From Octopus sinensis (taxonomy: Eukaryota): a stretch of DNA of 64,000 nucleotides. The notes under the pieces were generated by a model. The model worked only from the letters and a program-made list of their open reading frames with translations, ran no database searches and was not told the DNA's origin. The stretch lies in NCBI RefSeq assembly GCF_006345805.1, contig NC_043009.1:1736001-1800000 (forward strand), in the 5' to 3' direction. This document shows positions 12,913 through 26,770 of the stretch, piece by piece (position 1 is the first letter of the stretch; each line of letters begins with the position of its first letter). The position numbers and the translations under genes are program-made.

Positions 12913-13212
12913 GAAGGTGCGTAGTTTAGTGGTTGAGGTATTTGGCTCGTGATCGCAAGGTCGTGAGTTCGATTCCCGGCAACACTTTATTTCACGTTGC
13001 CCAGTCCACTCGGCTGGCAAAAATGAGCAGTACCAGTATTTCAAAGGGCCAGCCTTGTCACATTCTGTGTCGCGCTGAATCTCCTCGAGAACTACAGTTA
13101 ACGGTACGCATGTCTGTGGAGTACTCAGCCACATGCACGTTAATTTCACGAGCAGGCTGTTCCGTTGATCGGATCAACTGGAACCCTCGTCGTCGTAACC
13201 GACGGAGTGCCA
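12913..13212 (+). mobile_element. tRNA-derived SINE (family ending GTAACCGACGGAGTGCC)
   Basis: A/B boxes (TAGTTTAGTGG, GAGTTCGATTCCC); homologous copies at 50908 and 57297. Confidence 0.8.
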
Positions 13213-13436
13213 GTTATAGTTACAAAGAACTTACTCCCAAAAAGCACATTTTGTGATCCTAAACTTATAATACAAAGCAACAAGCAAATTTAACATATTA
13301 AGGGGGGAAAAACTATCCACCCAAGGAATAGTAAACCAAGAACTTAGTACATAAAGACTATAACGTTTACGGAGATGTACTTGCATAGCAAGTGACCTGA
13401 TCTGAGATCGTGTGCTGGAGCGAAAACAATTGCAGC

Positions 13437-13560
13437 GTGGAAGGTGTTTATAAGCCATTTAAGAAACACAAAATCCGTTAGATTCACTCCAACATTTAAA
13501 TTTAATTTGCCAAAATATTTTCGTCGCTTTGAGTCTAAATGGCTTATAAACACCTTCCAC
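13437..13560. repeat. 25-bp perfect inverted repeat
   Basis: GTGGAAGGTGTTTATAAGCCATTTA at 13437-13461 and its reverse complement at 13536-13560. Confidence 0.85.
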
Positions 13561-13942
13561 TATAAAACGTTTGTAAATTGTATTTGCGTTTGTCTTCCAC
13601 TGTGTTTGTTGTAAGTGGAATAGATTTAGAAAGAAAGCAAGCCCATCCGCTAGAGGCGTAGAAAGACCTCAAGGCCACCTCCCGGGAACCTGAAACCAAG
13701 TTCACATACCCTTCACACCACTCACGAACCACTGCCGAGGTAAAAGCCTGAACCTGGTTTCATCTACTACTACTACTACTACTACTACCACCGCCGCGGC
13801 CGCCACCACCAACACCACCACCATCGCCATCACCACCACAACCACCTCCACTGCAACTACTACTACTACTACTGCCGCCGCTGCCACCCCCACCCCCACT
13901 TCAACCACCATTACTACTACTACTACTACTACTACTACTACA

Positions 13943-14001
<59 letters not shown>

Positions 14002-14002
14002 A

Positions 14003-14036
<34 letters not shown>

Positions 14037-14467
14037 AACGGTCGGGATAAAGTGCAACAAATGTATGTTGCTTTTTTGGAGTGGGATTAACCGGTAATCC
14101 TATAGGGCTCAGATGAAATTACCTGCCAGCAACCACCCCGGGGGCAATTTGTAAGCGACATCATCTCACAACCCCCGTTCATCCCGATCACAATTTCAAG
14201 TGTTCTTACCAATATTTGGTTGTGTGCACCTTAGCAAAGACACTTGTTTACATCATCATCAAAAGCATACATTCTAAAACTCAGGTTTTAGAATGTATGC
14301 TTCGTAGTTGCTTCAGCAGCAGGCTGGTGGTAGGCTGGTGGTGGTGGTGGGGTAAATGTGGTAGTCATAATGGTGATGGTGGTGATGATGTTAATGGTGT
14401 TGGCGGTAGTGGTGGTAGCTGTAGTTTAGTACGAAGAAAGATGAGAAGGATAGTTTAAAAGAAGCAG

Positions 14468-14525
<58 letters not shown>

Positions 14526-14534
14526 TAGAGATAG

Positions 14535-14565
<31 letters not shown>

Positions 14566-14739
14566 GAGAGAGAGGGAGAGAGAGAGAGGGAAAGAGAGGG
14601 AGAGAGAGAGAAGGAGAGAGAGAGAAGTGTCGAGAACTTCAAATACATTTTAAAGAATACCTGGAGTGTATCGGGAGAGGGAACAAGTTTTGATGGCAAA
14701 ATAGTTTGCTTCGAGATCTGAAAGAAAGCTGTTTGATAT

Positions 14740-14791
<52 letters not shown>

Positions 14792-14971
14792 GCATATGTA
14801 TATAAAATACATACACAAGCATGCATGTACACACACACATATACATACAAACATGCATGTACGCTCACATACACACAGATACAGAGATACGTACCCACAC
14901 ACGAACACGCACACACACATATACGTATGCGTGGAGGCGTGCGGTTTAGCAGGTTGTACTTACAATCCTGT

Positions 14972-15112
14972 AAAGGTGCATGGCTTAGTGTTTAGAGTGT
15001 CGGGCTCACAATCATGAGGTAGTAAGTTCGATTCCCAGACAGGAGTGTGTGTTGTGATCTTGAGCAAGACACTTCATTTCACGTTGCTCAGCTGTAGAAA
15101 TGTGTTGCAGCG
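14972..15112 (+). mobile_element. tRNA SINE head (same family as 34716)
   Basis: GGTGCATGGCTTAGTG...GTTCGATTCCC...CTTGAGCAAGACACTT. Confidence 0.7.
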
Positions 15113-15169
15113 TCGATTGCGGGCTACGATTCTACCATCTCGTCCACTTGATTATCCTTTCTACTAAAG

Positions 15170-15770
15170 GCACAAGGCCTGAAATTTTGTAGAAGGAGAC
15201 TAGTCGGTTACATTGACCTCAGTGTTTCACTGGTATTTAATTTATCGGTCCCCAAAGGATGAAAGGCAAAGTCGACCTCGGCGGAATTTGAACTCACGAC
15301 GTATCGACAGGCGAAATACCGCTAAGCATTTCGTCCAGCGTGCTAACGTTTCTTATTTCTTTATTGCCCACAAGGGTCTAAACATAGAGGAGACAAACAA
15401 GGACAGACATAGGGATTAAGTCGATTACATCGACTCCAGTGCGTAACTGGTACTTAATTTATCGACACCGAAAGGATGAAAGACAAAGACGACTTCGGCG
15501 GAATTTGAACCCAGAAGGTAGCGATGGGCGAAATACCTATTTCTTTACTACCCACAAGGGACTAAACACAGAGAGGACAAACAAGGACAGACAAACGGAT
15601 TAAGTCGATTACATCGACCCCAGTGCGTAACTGGTACTTAATTCATCGGATCCCAAAGGATGAAAGGCAAAGTCTACCTCGGCGGAATTTGAACCCAGAA
15701 CGTAGCGACGGGCGAAATACTGCTAAGCATTTCGTCCAGCCTGCTAACGCTTCTGCCAGCTCACCCCCTT
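15170..15770 (-). mobile_element. Cluster of partial tandem SINE copies (AGGCGGCGAGCTGGCAG family)
   Basis: Repeated CCGAAAGGATGAAAGGCAAAGTCGACCTCGGCGGAATTTGAAC blocks. Confidence 0.85.
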
Positions 15771-16039
15771 CAATAATCAAAAATGGTTTCGTCTCTTCCC
15801 ATTTTCTCACTATTCAAGAATATCTTTCTAACTGCAGAAAAATAGATTCGTTAAAAGATGGCAATACAATCGACAATAAACAAATACAAAATTAGAAAAC
15901 GTACAAATTAAAACTAATTTGGAATGCTTTTTTCTTTTAATTAGAGAGTAACATATGAATAATAATGTATTGAAGCGAAAAGATATCGCACAATTAATAA
16001 CAATTAAATATAATTAACTAAGAATATACAGACATTTTT

Positions 16040-16540
16040 CTATATGTACGATACAAGAAAACTTGTTACAAAATAGTGTTGAATATTTACATTGGTGGGG
16101 ATAGATGTTCTCACCTTGTTTGTTGTTATCACAACTTTCGGCTGATGTATTCCCCAGCCTTCATCAGGTGTTCTGGTGGAATTTTGAACCCAAATCTTTA
16201 TTTGACTAAGGGGGTACTCTGTTCTTATTCCTAAGGTAGCACATATGCTAGGACACAATAACCTCCTAAGCAGACCTCGTGCAGATATGAATAGAATATA
16301 GGAATCGGTATTAAGGAACGATTCAAAAATAATAGGTTTATAAGCCCTAAAAATCATTCTATAATTGCCAAGATCCCGGGTTCAATGAAGAAATGGTAAT
16401 AACAACATCAGCAACAAATAATACCTTAGTTCGACACCTGATGAAGGCTGCAGAGTAGATCAGCCAAAACAACAAACAAGGTGAGAACACTTACCTGTCC
16501 ATTGTAAATAATGTACATAATCCCTCATCAAAAAGTACAA
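16040..16540. mobile_element. Inverted pair of Penelope-type 3' end fragments with degenerate hammerheads
   Basis: Minus 16128-16173: GAACAC-CUGAUGA-AGGCUG...CAGCC-GAAAGUU-GUGAU. Plus 16434-16490: CUGAUGA-AGGCUG...CAGCC-AAAAC. Both share downstream AACAAACAAGGTGAGAAC. Confidence 0.6.
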
Positions 16541-16789
16541 AATAGTGTTGGTTTTATTGCATCATAGGTGTGGCCCTGAGCTAAAGAAGCTCGCTTTGCA
16601 ACTAGTTGGTTTCGGGTTCGCTCCCACTGTACGGTACCTGGGGCAAGTCTCTTCTGCTATAGCTTCGGGTCGATCAATGCCTTGTAAGTGAATTTGGTAG
16701 ATAACCGGATACCAGTGCTGATAGGTTTACGTCTCCATAACTTAGCGGTTCGGCAAAAGAAGCCGATAGGATAATTAGTATATATACAT

Positions 16790-17125
16790 GCATGGTGCTT
16801 GTCCCATCTTCACAGATGACTGTTGTCTCCTTGTATTTCTTCGCTGTCAACAGTTATTTCTGGCTTTCCGTCCATGACTTTTCAAATGACTACTCAGTCC
16901 TGTTGCGGATCTGCATGATTTGAAGCATAGGTGAGAGACAAGCCTGCACACGTCGCTACTTTCTCATCGTCCTGGGACTTTCAGTCGATGGAATGGCAAA
17001 TGTGGTCACCGTAAAGAGATAACTGTCCGTCATTGGATTATAGTGAGAAGCGCCTGGACAACACGATTAACACTGTTTGAGCTTTTGAGACAAGTACCGA
17101 GCGACAGGCCGAAGTGAGATGACCA
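16790..17125 (-). mobile_element. RTE-type LINE 3' fragment
   Basis: Minus strand CFKSCRSATGLSSHLKSH, resembling the C-terminal C2H2-like motif of RTE LINEs; decayed. Confidence 0.45.
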
Positions 17126-17133
17126 GTAATCAC

Positions 17134-18175
17134 ATGTATGTATGTATGTATGTATGTATGTATGTATGTATGTATGTATGTATGTATGTATGTATGTATG
17201 TATGTATGTATGTGTTATGTATGTATGCATGTATGTATGTATGTATGTATGTATGTATGTATGTATGTAGAGTATGTATGTATGTATGTGTGTATGTATG
17301 TATGTATGTAGGTATGTATGTATGTATGTAGGTATGTATGTATGTATATGTGTGTATGTATGTATGCATGTATGTATGTGTGTATGTGTATGTATGTATT
17401 GCATGTATGTATGTATGTATGTAGGTATGTATGTAGGTATGTATGTATGTTATGTATGTATATGTATGTAGTAGGTATGTATGTATGTATGTATGTATGT
17501 ATGTATGTATGTGTGTGTATGTATATGTATGTATGTATGTATGTATGTAGTGTATGTATGCTGTATGATGTATGTATGTATGTATGTATGTAGGCATGTA
17601 TGTAGTATGTATGTGTGTATGTATGTGTTATGTCTGTATGTATGTATGTATGTATGTATGTATGCATGTATGTATGTATGTATGTATGTATGTATGTATG
17701 TATGTGTGTATGTATGTATGTTGTAGTATGTATGTATGTATGTATGTGTGTATGTATGTAGGTGTGTGTATGTATGTATGCATGTATGTATGTATGTTGT
17801 TGTTGTATGTATGTATGTATGTATGTATGTATGTATGTATGTATGATGTATGTATGTATGTGTAGGTGTATGTATGTATGTATGTATGTATGTATGTATG
17901 TATGTATGTATGTAGGTATGTATGTATGTATGTATGTGTATGTATGTATGTATGATGTATGTATGTATGTATGTATGTATGTATGTATGTATGTATGTAG
18001 TATGTTGTGTAGTATGTATGTATGTATGTATGTATGTATGTAGTATGTATGTAGGTGTATGTGTATGGATGTATGTGTTGTATGTATGTATGCATGTATG
18101 ATGGATGTATGTTGTATGCATGTATGTAGTTGTTGTATGTATGTAGTATGTATGTATGTATGTGTGTATGTATGT
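17134..18175. repeat. ~1 kb (TATG)n microsatellite array
   Basis: Direct reading. Confidence 0.97.
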
Positions 18176-18309
18176 GTTGTTCTTGGTATTTTCTGATACA
18201 AAATGTGTTTAATACAACTTTGCTACAAATGTAGCGTCTAATTGAAGCTAACTTATTATCAGCCGATGTCTATATTTCTTTTTGCTTTATCCCTTTTAAT
18301 GAGGTCCAC

Positions 18310-18311
<2 letters not shown>

Positions 18312-18366
<55 letters not shown>

Positions 18367-18373
18367 GAGAGAG

Positions 18374-18408
<35 letters not shown>

Positions 18409-18476
18409 AAGATAGAGAGAGAGAGAGAGAGAGTAGATAGAGAGAGAGAGAGAGAGAAAGATAGAGTGGTAGACAG

Positions 18477-18551
<75 letters not shown>

Positions 18552-18572
18552 AATATAGTGAGATAAACAGAC

Positions 18573-18639
<67 letters not shown>

Positions 18640-18640
18640 G
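18312..18640. repeat. (GA)n followed by head-to-head (ATCT)n/(AGAT)n
   Basis: Direct reading. Confidence 0.9.
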
Positions 18641-19611
18641 AGTGTATATGAGTGAGTGAATAAGATTTACTGATAAGATGTGAGTTTGTGTTGCGTTACC
18701 AAAGATACAGGATGTTTCTGTTGGATAATATTTCTATAACGGTAAAAGTACTTCAGCCAGTGTATCAATTCATCCGTCGTTGGAGTACCACGGTGAGCAG
18801 AGGTTTAGAGCTATACGCTGCCATGCTAGTCCATTACATGCTGGCACAGATCGATAATCGATTAAATCGACTTCATTAATGACAATTTTTAACGTAACTA
18901 CAAGCTTTTAAATTCAGGGAAAGCGGTGGAGTCAATTTAATCAGTTCTAGAAAACTGAATGATATTTATATTTTATTGGGCGGAAGAAAACGTTGGCCAA
19001 GGCTGGATTTGAACCCAGAAAAGAAAGTATTAGATCAAGGCTTTTGTCTGTTGGTTCAAAAATGTTGATATCCTACTGTTGTAACTGGTTGACGAACTCG
19101 ATCGACGTTTGATAATATCGGATGCGTAATTATTTCGACGTTATTTGTATTTCGCTCGCTCACTCATTCCCTCCGCCATTTTTCGGACCTTGTCTTGCCT
19201 GGTGATTTTTAATTGCTTTCTCAGGCACTTCATATGGAAGCGGTTTAGTAGTATCTTGCCGTAGCGTTCGTAAACCGTCCAAGTCTCTTAGGCAGTACAA
19301 CTGCCTTGCATACTATCAACTTGGTGGCCAGCCTAATGCACACACAAACACCTATTTAGAGAGATACATAATCACAAACATCCGTCTTTCTGTATTTCTG
19401 TCTGTCTCTCTTTCTCTCCTCCCCTCTCTGTAGATAGACAGAGAGGTAGACCATACATGCATATGGAAGGAAGAGATGAGTGAATCTATCTGCAAAACAG
19501 ATAACCTATTCCTATTAAACACATCTATTTATGTTTGCAGAGAGCCTTAAGGGAGCAATTAGAGCAGAACTTACAATAACTCACCTGTCACTCATTAAAA
19601 TTACTTTCAGA

Positions 19612-20040
19612 AGGGCTGTGGCTTGGCAGAATCGTTAGTACGCCGGGCGGAATGCCTAGCTGTATTTCGTGTGCCGCTAGGCTCTGAGTTCAAATTCCGC
19701 CGAGGTCGACTTTGCCTTTCATCCTTTCGGGGTCGATAAATTAAGTTACAGTTACACACTGGAGTCGATGTAATCGACTTAATCCCTTTGTCTGTCCTTG
19801 TTTGTCCCCTCTATGTTTAGCCCTTTGTGCGCAATAAAGAAATAAGAATCGGTTGAGCATCCAACAAACATGTTTTGTGTTATTTCGTTGCGTTTACTTT
19901 ATGTTCTGAGTTCAAATCCTGCTTGAGGATTTGACTTTCGCTTTAATTCTTCTGGAGTCGTGATCGATAAAATAAAATACCATTTAAGTATAGCGGTTGA
20001 TTAAATTAATTACAAGGCCCCGCCTAAATTTGAAAGTTTG
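19612..20040 (+). mobile_element. SINE (AGGCGGCGAGCTGGCAG family) plus a partial second copy
   Basis: GAGTTCAAATTCCGCCGAGGTCGACTTTGCCTTTCATCCTTTCGGGGTCGATAAA core. Confidence 0.85.
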
Positions 20041-20061
20041 TACTCTTTTTTTGAAGAAAAG

Positions 20062-20370
20062 GTATGGCTGTGTGGTTAAAGAAGCTCATTTCACACCACA
20101 TAGTTTTGTGTTCGGTCCCACTGTGCGGCATCATGGGGGAAGTATTTCCTACTGTAGCCATGAACTAACCCATGCATTGTGAGTGAATTTGGTTCTCGGA
20201 AACTGTGAGGAAGCCCGTTATATATATGTGTAAATGTATGAGTGCGTGAGTGTGTATGTGTGCGTGTTCGTTCGTGTGAATGTGTGTGTTTGTGTTTGTC
20301 CACTACCACCGCTTGATAACTGGTATTAGTATTGGTTTGTTTATGTCCCCGTGACTTAGCGGATAAATAT
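20062..20370 (+). mobile_element. CORE-like SINE with internal microsatellite
   Basis: GGCTGTGTGGTTAAAGAAGC head; GAAGCCCG, (TA/TG)n, TGTCCCCGTGACTTAGCGG tail. Confidence 0.7.
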
Positions 20371-20389
20371 CCTGTATATTTAGGCACAT

Positions 20390-20583
20390 GACCTGAAATT
20401 TGGGGGAGGGGACTAGTCGATTATATCAACCCCAGTGTTTCACTGATACTTAATTTATCGACCCCGAAAGGATGAAAGGCAAAGTCGACCACTGCGGAAT
20501 TTGAACTCAGAACGTAACGGCAGACGAAATACTGCTATGCATTTCGCCTGGCGTGCTAACGGTTCTACCAGCTCGCCGCCGCC

Positions 20584-20585
<2 letters not shown>
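20390..20585 (-). mobile_element. SINE (AGGCGGCGAGCTGGCAG family)
   Basis: Ends in CCAGCTCGCCGCC...CTT, the reverse complement of the family head. Confidence 0.85.
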
Positions 20586-20634
<49 letters not shown>

Positions 20635-20691
20635 TTAATAATAATAATAACAACAATATAAAAATAATAATAGTAGTAGTAGTAGTAGTAG

Positions 20692-20722
<31 letters not shown>

Positions 20723-21294
20723 CAACAACAACAACAACAATGTTTATGATTCAGGTCTAAAACCAGTAGCATTTTGGTGGGGGTTGTCGCTTGTCGATTA
20801 TATCAACCCGAGTATTTGACTGGTACTTTATCGACACTCTGGCCTTCGGTTGAATTTGAACTCAGAACATAAATACCTGGAACAAATACAACCCGCCAAT
20901 TTCCGACATCCTAACAATTTCACTAGAGGGGGGGGGAGAAAGAAAGAAAGAAAGAGGGAGAAAGAAATAAAAGTCAATATAAACCTGACATTGTTATCGT
21001 GGATTGGAAAGCTAGGAGATGATTTGCTTATCAATATAGCAATAATGGTTTATTAATGATTATTAACTCGAGTTTATTAGATATTTTCACTAATTAGTGA
21101 GTCTCCATTAATGATTATTAACTAGACTGTTTTGGCTAGCAATTATCGCCCTGTGATATTTCATTAACGATCAGAAACCAGAGTTCATCAGGCAGTAGTT
21201 AGCACACAGTAATAATTTTAATTAACAATCAATTAGCTATCACTCAACTTATTGATTATATTTTATCGATAAATGCTTATTTTTATTCTTTTTA

Positions 21295-21612
21295 TTCTCT
21301 TGTTTCAGTCATCAGACTGCGGCCATGCTGGGGCACTACATTCAAGAATTTCAAGTCGAATGAATCAACCCCAATACTTATTTATTTTAAAACCTGGTGT
21401 CTTTTGCCGAACCGTTAAGTTGTGAGGACGTAAATATGCCAACGTCGGTTGTCAAACGGTGGTGGGCGTAAGAAGACGTGGCTGTGTGGTAACAAGCTAG
21501 CTTTCCAACCACATGGTTTAGGGTTCAGTCCCACAGCGTGGCACCTTGTCTTTTACAATAGCCTCGGGTCGACCAAAGCCTTGTCTGTGGATTTGGTAGA
21601 TGGAAACTGAAA
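21295..21612. mobile_element. Two CORE-like SINE fragments (tail on minus strand, head on plus strand)
   Basis: Family-diagnostic blocks. Confidence 0.7.
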
Positions 21613-21619
21613 TTTCATC

Positions 21620-21675
<56 letters not shown>

Positions 21676-21966
21676 GAGTAATTGCCTGGAATCGAACTCG
21701 GAATTTTATTTCATCTGATCCGTGGAAACATGGAAAAGTGGACATTAAGACGACAACAGCAACGGCAGTGGCGGCGGTGGTGACGATGATCACGACGACG
21801 GTGACGATGGCGACCACAGCGGCGGCGGCGGCGACAACGACCACGACGACGACGACTACGAATGTGATCAAAACATCTTCCATGTCATTTTCTCATTGTT
21901 TTTTTGTGTCCATTAGTAGAATCGCTACATAAACCACGAAGCATGGCATCATTAGATCCACGCATA

Positions 21967-22190
21967 AGGCGGTGAGCTGGCAGAATCGTTAGCGCGCTGG
22001 ACGAAATGCTTAGTGGTATCTCGACCGTCGCTACGTTCCTAGTTCAAATTCCGCCGAGGTCGACTTTGCCTTTCATCCTTTCGGGGTCGATAAATTAAGT
22101 AACAGATACGCACTGGGGTCGATGTAATCGACTTAATCCCTTTGTCTGTCCTTGTTTGTTCCCTCTATGTTCAGCCAGCTCGCCGCCTTA
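21967..22190 (+). mobile_element. SINE bracketed by an inverted copy of its own 5' tip
   Basis: Starts TAAGGCGGTGAGCTGGC and ends GCCAGCTCGCCGCCTTA. Confidence 0.8.
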
Positions 22191-22326
22191 ACAACAGCAG
22201 CAACAACAGCATTGTGGAACCTCTGTTAATAATCCTCTTTTTTTTTGTTGGAGGTTCAACCGTTCCAAAAACTGACTGCTCCCTGATTCATGACATTCAC
22301 CATGGTGTTTGCCTTTTATAAGTATA

Positions 22327-22704
22327 CTAGCAGTATCGCCCGGCGTTGCTCGCGTTTGTTTCGACCCTTTAGAATTGGAACTTTTGAAAAGTAAAAATTT
22401 TGCATTGTGTAGCTTGTTATTCTATTTAAGCGAACATTTTTCTGGTTGAAATACACCGAAAAATGGCGACACAGCAGTCAAAACATCGCAATAAATAAGG
22501 ATTTTCATAGAAAAAAGTACCTTTTTGATGTAAATAATTTTTGGCCTTAACAGGGTCCGATTCGAATATTATCTTCTACGGAATGAAGAGCAAGCCTTCT
22601 TCTATCATACTCTCAATTTTGGTTAACTTGCGCCGCTGGGTCTCGGAGGCTACCAAACCTGCCAAACACACACACACACACAACTTCAGCTCTCTCTATA
22701 TAGA
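22327..22704 (-). mobile_element. Non-autonomous Helitron
   Basis: On the minus strand: 5' TC, 3' hairpin plus CTAG, inserted in an A^T site. Confidence 0.75.
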
Positions 22705-23714
22705 TATTTCATCAATCTTAAAATGTCCTCTACCGAATTTAAATGGATTGGCACTCACATGTCGCAGTGTTTAACCATGTATAATTCCCTTTTGTTCCCT
22801 TCTGCTGTTTTTCTGTGGATTGCAAAATAAAACAATAAGGGACGCTTTCTTTTTGATGATTTTCCAATGAGGGCTTAATTGCTCGTTCTTTTTCAATTTT
22901 CTTTTTATCACAGTGACAGCCAATGTATAATGATTAGCTGAAGCTTATTATCTGATAATTATTACTCTCGAGTCGTTTATGTATAATCATTCGATTGAGT
23001 TTATTAGTAATTATCATTAAGAAGCGGTTAATTAAGAATGATTAGCTATGGTTTATTACCAAGTTGTTACCCAATGACAGTTTATTAATGAACCTTGGTT
23101 AGAGCCTGCAATCATAGTTAATTAATAATTAACATCCCGAGTTCATTACAAATTATGATATATTTATTAATGCTATCTCCTTATTTTGTATTTTATGTCA
23201 CTTTTCGTGTACGATAATGTCATTGGTTACAAACTTCTTGCTGATGTCTACACCTTCCACCAAAGCAAAAACATACATTCATACAAATGATCACGATATC
23301 TGGGATTATAAAAATCTGCAAGGCCTTAAGATTTACAAGATGATGGTTAAAACAAGATACTTACCTTCACAACTTTAGATGGCCAGTCAAAATTTACTCA
23401 AAATTAAAGAGAAAGAGAACATAGATAGATAGATATATGGATATATAGGTACATGCATACATACATAGATCCAAAAAGTTTATCATTTAAGTATATATGA
23501 GCATGTCTAGACATGCAACTAAATGCATGAGAAGACACATAAAACAAAACATACAAATTTCTGCACATAAACATGCATATAAAAATACCCTGTTGATGTC
23601 GAAATTCCAATGAAGCAACCCTAGGGCCGGCCCTGATACATACATACATGCATGCATACATGCATACATACATACATGCATACATACATACATGCATGCA
23701 TACATACTTGTAAT

Positions 23715-24110
23715 CCAAGAACAGGAAGGATATGAGTTTGAAATCCAAAGACAAGAGATTATAACAAAGTACTTCGTTAAGAAAAGAGACAATGAAGCTC
23801 TTGGAGTCCCAAGATGAAACCGAAAAATGAAGATTATGTCGAATTTCTGTGAAAGACTTCACACAATTGGTCAGCGGTTGTCCCGAAATATCAATATACT
23901 GCTTCCCTATGCGACACGATGTTGTCGCTAAAGCAATATACGATGCAATTCGAAAACTAAGACTGTCCGGGAATTAAAAAATAAAGAAAACAGAGGACCC
24001 GTCTGTTATTGAATACATACATAAACATCAACATTGCGAATATTGGTGGAACATTCCCATGAAAACTTCTACCAAACATAACAGGCGGATATATTTGTTT
24101 GGAACAGATA
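23715..24110 (+). mobile_element. R4/Dong-clade (RLE) non-LTR retrotransposon fragment, decayed
   Basis: [16 protein letters not shown]; RLCRISVKDFTQLVSGCP (CCHC-like knuckle); PMRHDVVAK; EYWWNIPMKT; stops and frameshifts present. Confidence 0.75.
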
Positions 24111-24231
24111 AGAAAAAGCGAGTACCGTCATGGAGGTATCACTAAGTTCATTCTTAGCTCTGTAGCATTGTTCTGTAAATGGTATGTCTCACTCACTCAC
24201 TCACTCACCTCCTCTTTCTCTCTCTCTGAAG

Positions 24232-24295
24232 ATATCTGTGATGCTCTTAAGAAAAGCTCCCGTGTTGTTTATTCCATTCTAGAATCAATGATTGT
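24232..24295 (+). CDS. Candidate internal coding exon (DICDALKKSSRVVYSILESMI)
   Basis: Polypyrimidine tract plus AG acceptor at 24230-24231, GTGAGT donor at 24296, open frame; protein not recognised. Confidence 0.3.
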
Positions 24296-24977
24296 GTGAG
24301 TCTTCTACTTGAATACTCACGAAACACTCGGGGAAGGTGCTCACACAGCGCACCAATGCTCGGTTATACATATTTGCCTGACCCCCCCCCCACCTCACCA
24401 AAACATCCGTTCGGACAAAGATGATGACAAGATGGCCATCGTTTTGCAATCTCTGAAGAGTTTCCAGGAATACGTTGAAATTCAAAATTCTAATCCCACC
24501 AAATATTATGAAGAAATGATTATCTCCCTTGTAATAACAGTCCACTAGTGCTAAAGAAGAACACATGTTATCCTATATGGGTGCTATTTTGGCGTGTGAT
24601 CTACAAAGGTGATTACTTTAGGTTACTTTTTAGTTAACTTTTCAATTTCTAAAAACCCGTAAGATGTTGGCTAAAGATTTTTACAATGTAATCAGCGACG
24701 AGATGAAGGTAATTGCATTTTTACAAGAAACCAGCTCTAAATTCACATCATTTCTTAAAAAAAAGAAAGGTACCACTTTGGTGTGTGATCTACAATTTAA
24801 AGGGAGATTACTTTGGATTACTTTTTAGTTTACTTTGTGTTAGTGCTACTTTCCGTGTGATCTATGTGAGCAAATTTATTTTGGTGAATGATCTACCGCT
24901 TATTTTAATTATCATATGGTTTTGTTATCGAAATAGCAAGAATTTTGAAAAAAAAACGCATTTATAATGTTAAGTAT

Positions 24978-25468
<491 letters not shown>

Positions 25469-26054
25469 CAGGTACAAAATAATTTTAAAAGTAATCTAAT
25501 GTAATCTCCCTTGTACATCACACGCCAACGTAGCATCCCGATATGATCTCACCTTTTCACAAGACAGCAGGTTGTAACACAAGCGAGGTCTTACTGCTAT
25601 TTCTAGCTATTCTAACAGGTCGAGCAACCACCAAGAATTATTCCCTTTTTGCTTATAAACAGCAACCTTAGACAACAAGAATCTATTAGTTAGTAGCTAT
25701 CAGGTTGTGAAGTGACATTTCAGCCGTGATATGTGTAAACGACTAGCTTTTGCAGTAAGGAGCAGGATTTTTAATTGAATGTTATGTAATAGCTGTTGGC
25801 TAATGTCTGAACACATCTATTAGTGGTTTATCAGCAGCCGTTTGGTGCCTGTAGCTAGAGAGAGACGAGTGCAGGGTGTAGCGATATGCGAATACGTGCG
25901 TGAGCGAACTTGTTAGATGTGTAGCTATGCGATGTATACTTGAGACTTATTAGTTATTAAAAACATTATCTCTGAGTATGTTCACGCGTGTCTGAATGTC
26001 ATATATATATATAATATATATATATATATATAGAGAGAGATAGATAGATGTAGG

Positions 26055-26111
<57 letters not shown>

Positions 26112-26394
26112 TGTATATGTATGTATATGTATATGTAGGTATATATATGTATGTATGAATAAGTATGTAGGTATATTATATATATATATTTATTTATGTA
26201 TATGTATATGTATGTATAAGTATGTGTTTTATTTGCTGGGTCTGGCGGATGAAAAAGACAGGACCCATAGGAGTCTTCGTGGGTCTTCTAAGACCCGTGG
26301 AATCGATGCAATCCTGTAATTAGTTTTGCTCGAAGTTTAATCAACACTTAAAAAAAAAATAAAATAAAAAAGAAAGAAAAGGAAATGAAGAGCT

Positions 26395-26770
26395 GGCGTG
26401 GCTGTGTGATAAGAAGCTTGCTTTCCAAGCCACATGGTTCTGGGTTCAGTCCCAATGCGTGGCACCTTGGGTCAACCAAAATTTTCTGAGTGGATTTGGT
26501 AGACGGAAACTGAAAGAAGCCCGTGGTATATTTATATACATATGTATGTGTGTGCGTCTGTGTTTGTCCACTTGCCATCATCTGACAACCGGTGTTTGTG
26601 TGTTTACGTCCCCGTAACTTAGTGATTCGGCAAAGTAGACCGATAGAATAAGTATTTGGCTTAAGAAATAAGTCCTGGGGTCGATTTGATCGACTAAACA
26701 GACCTTCAAGGCATGCTACAGCATGACCGCAGTCATATGACTGAAACAAGTCAAACGAATAAAAAAATAA
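26395..26770 (+). mobile_element. Full-length CORE-like SINE
   Basis: Head, core, microsatellite and tail. Confidence 0.9.

Noticed and set aside
14084-14100. Inverted pair of K50 homeodomain sites GGATTA-accgg-TAATCC
   Set aside because: Too short to distinguish from chance without conservation data.
23366-23397. Strong minus-strand donor AG|GTAAGT with a 32-nt open frame (NFDWPSKVVK)
   Set aside because: Acceptor is a poor GAG; a single donor is expected by chance in 64 kb.
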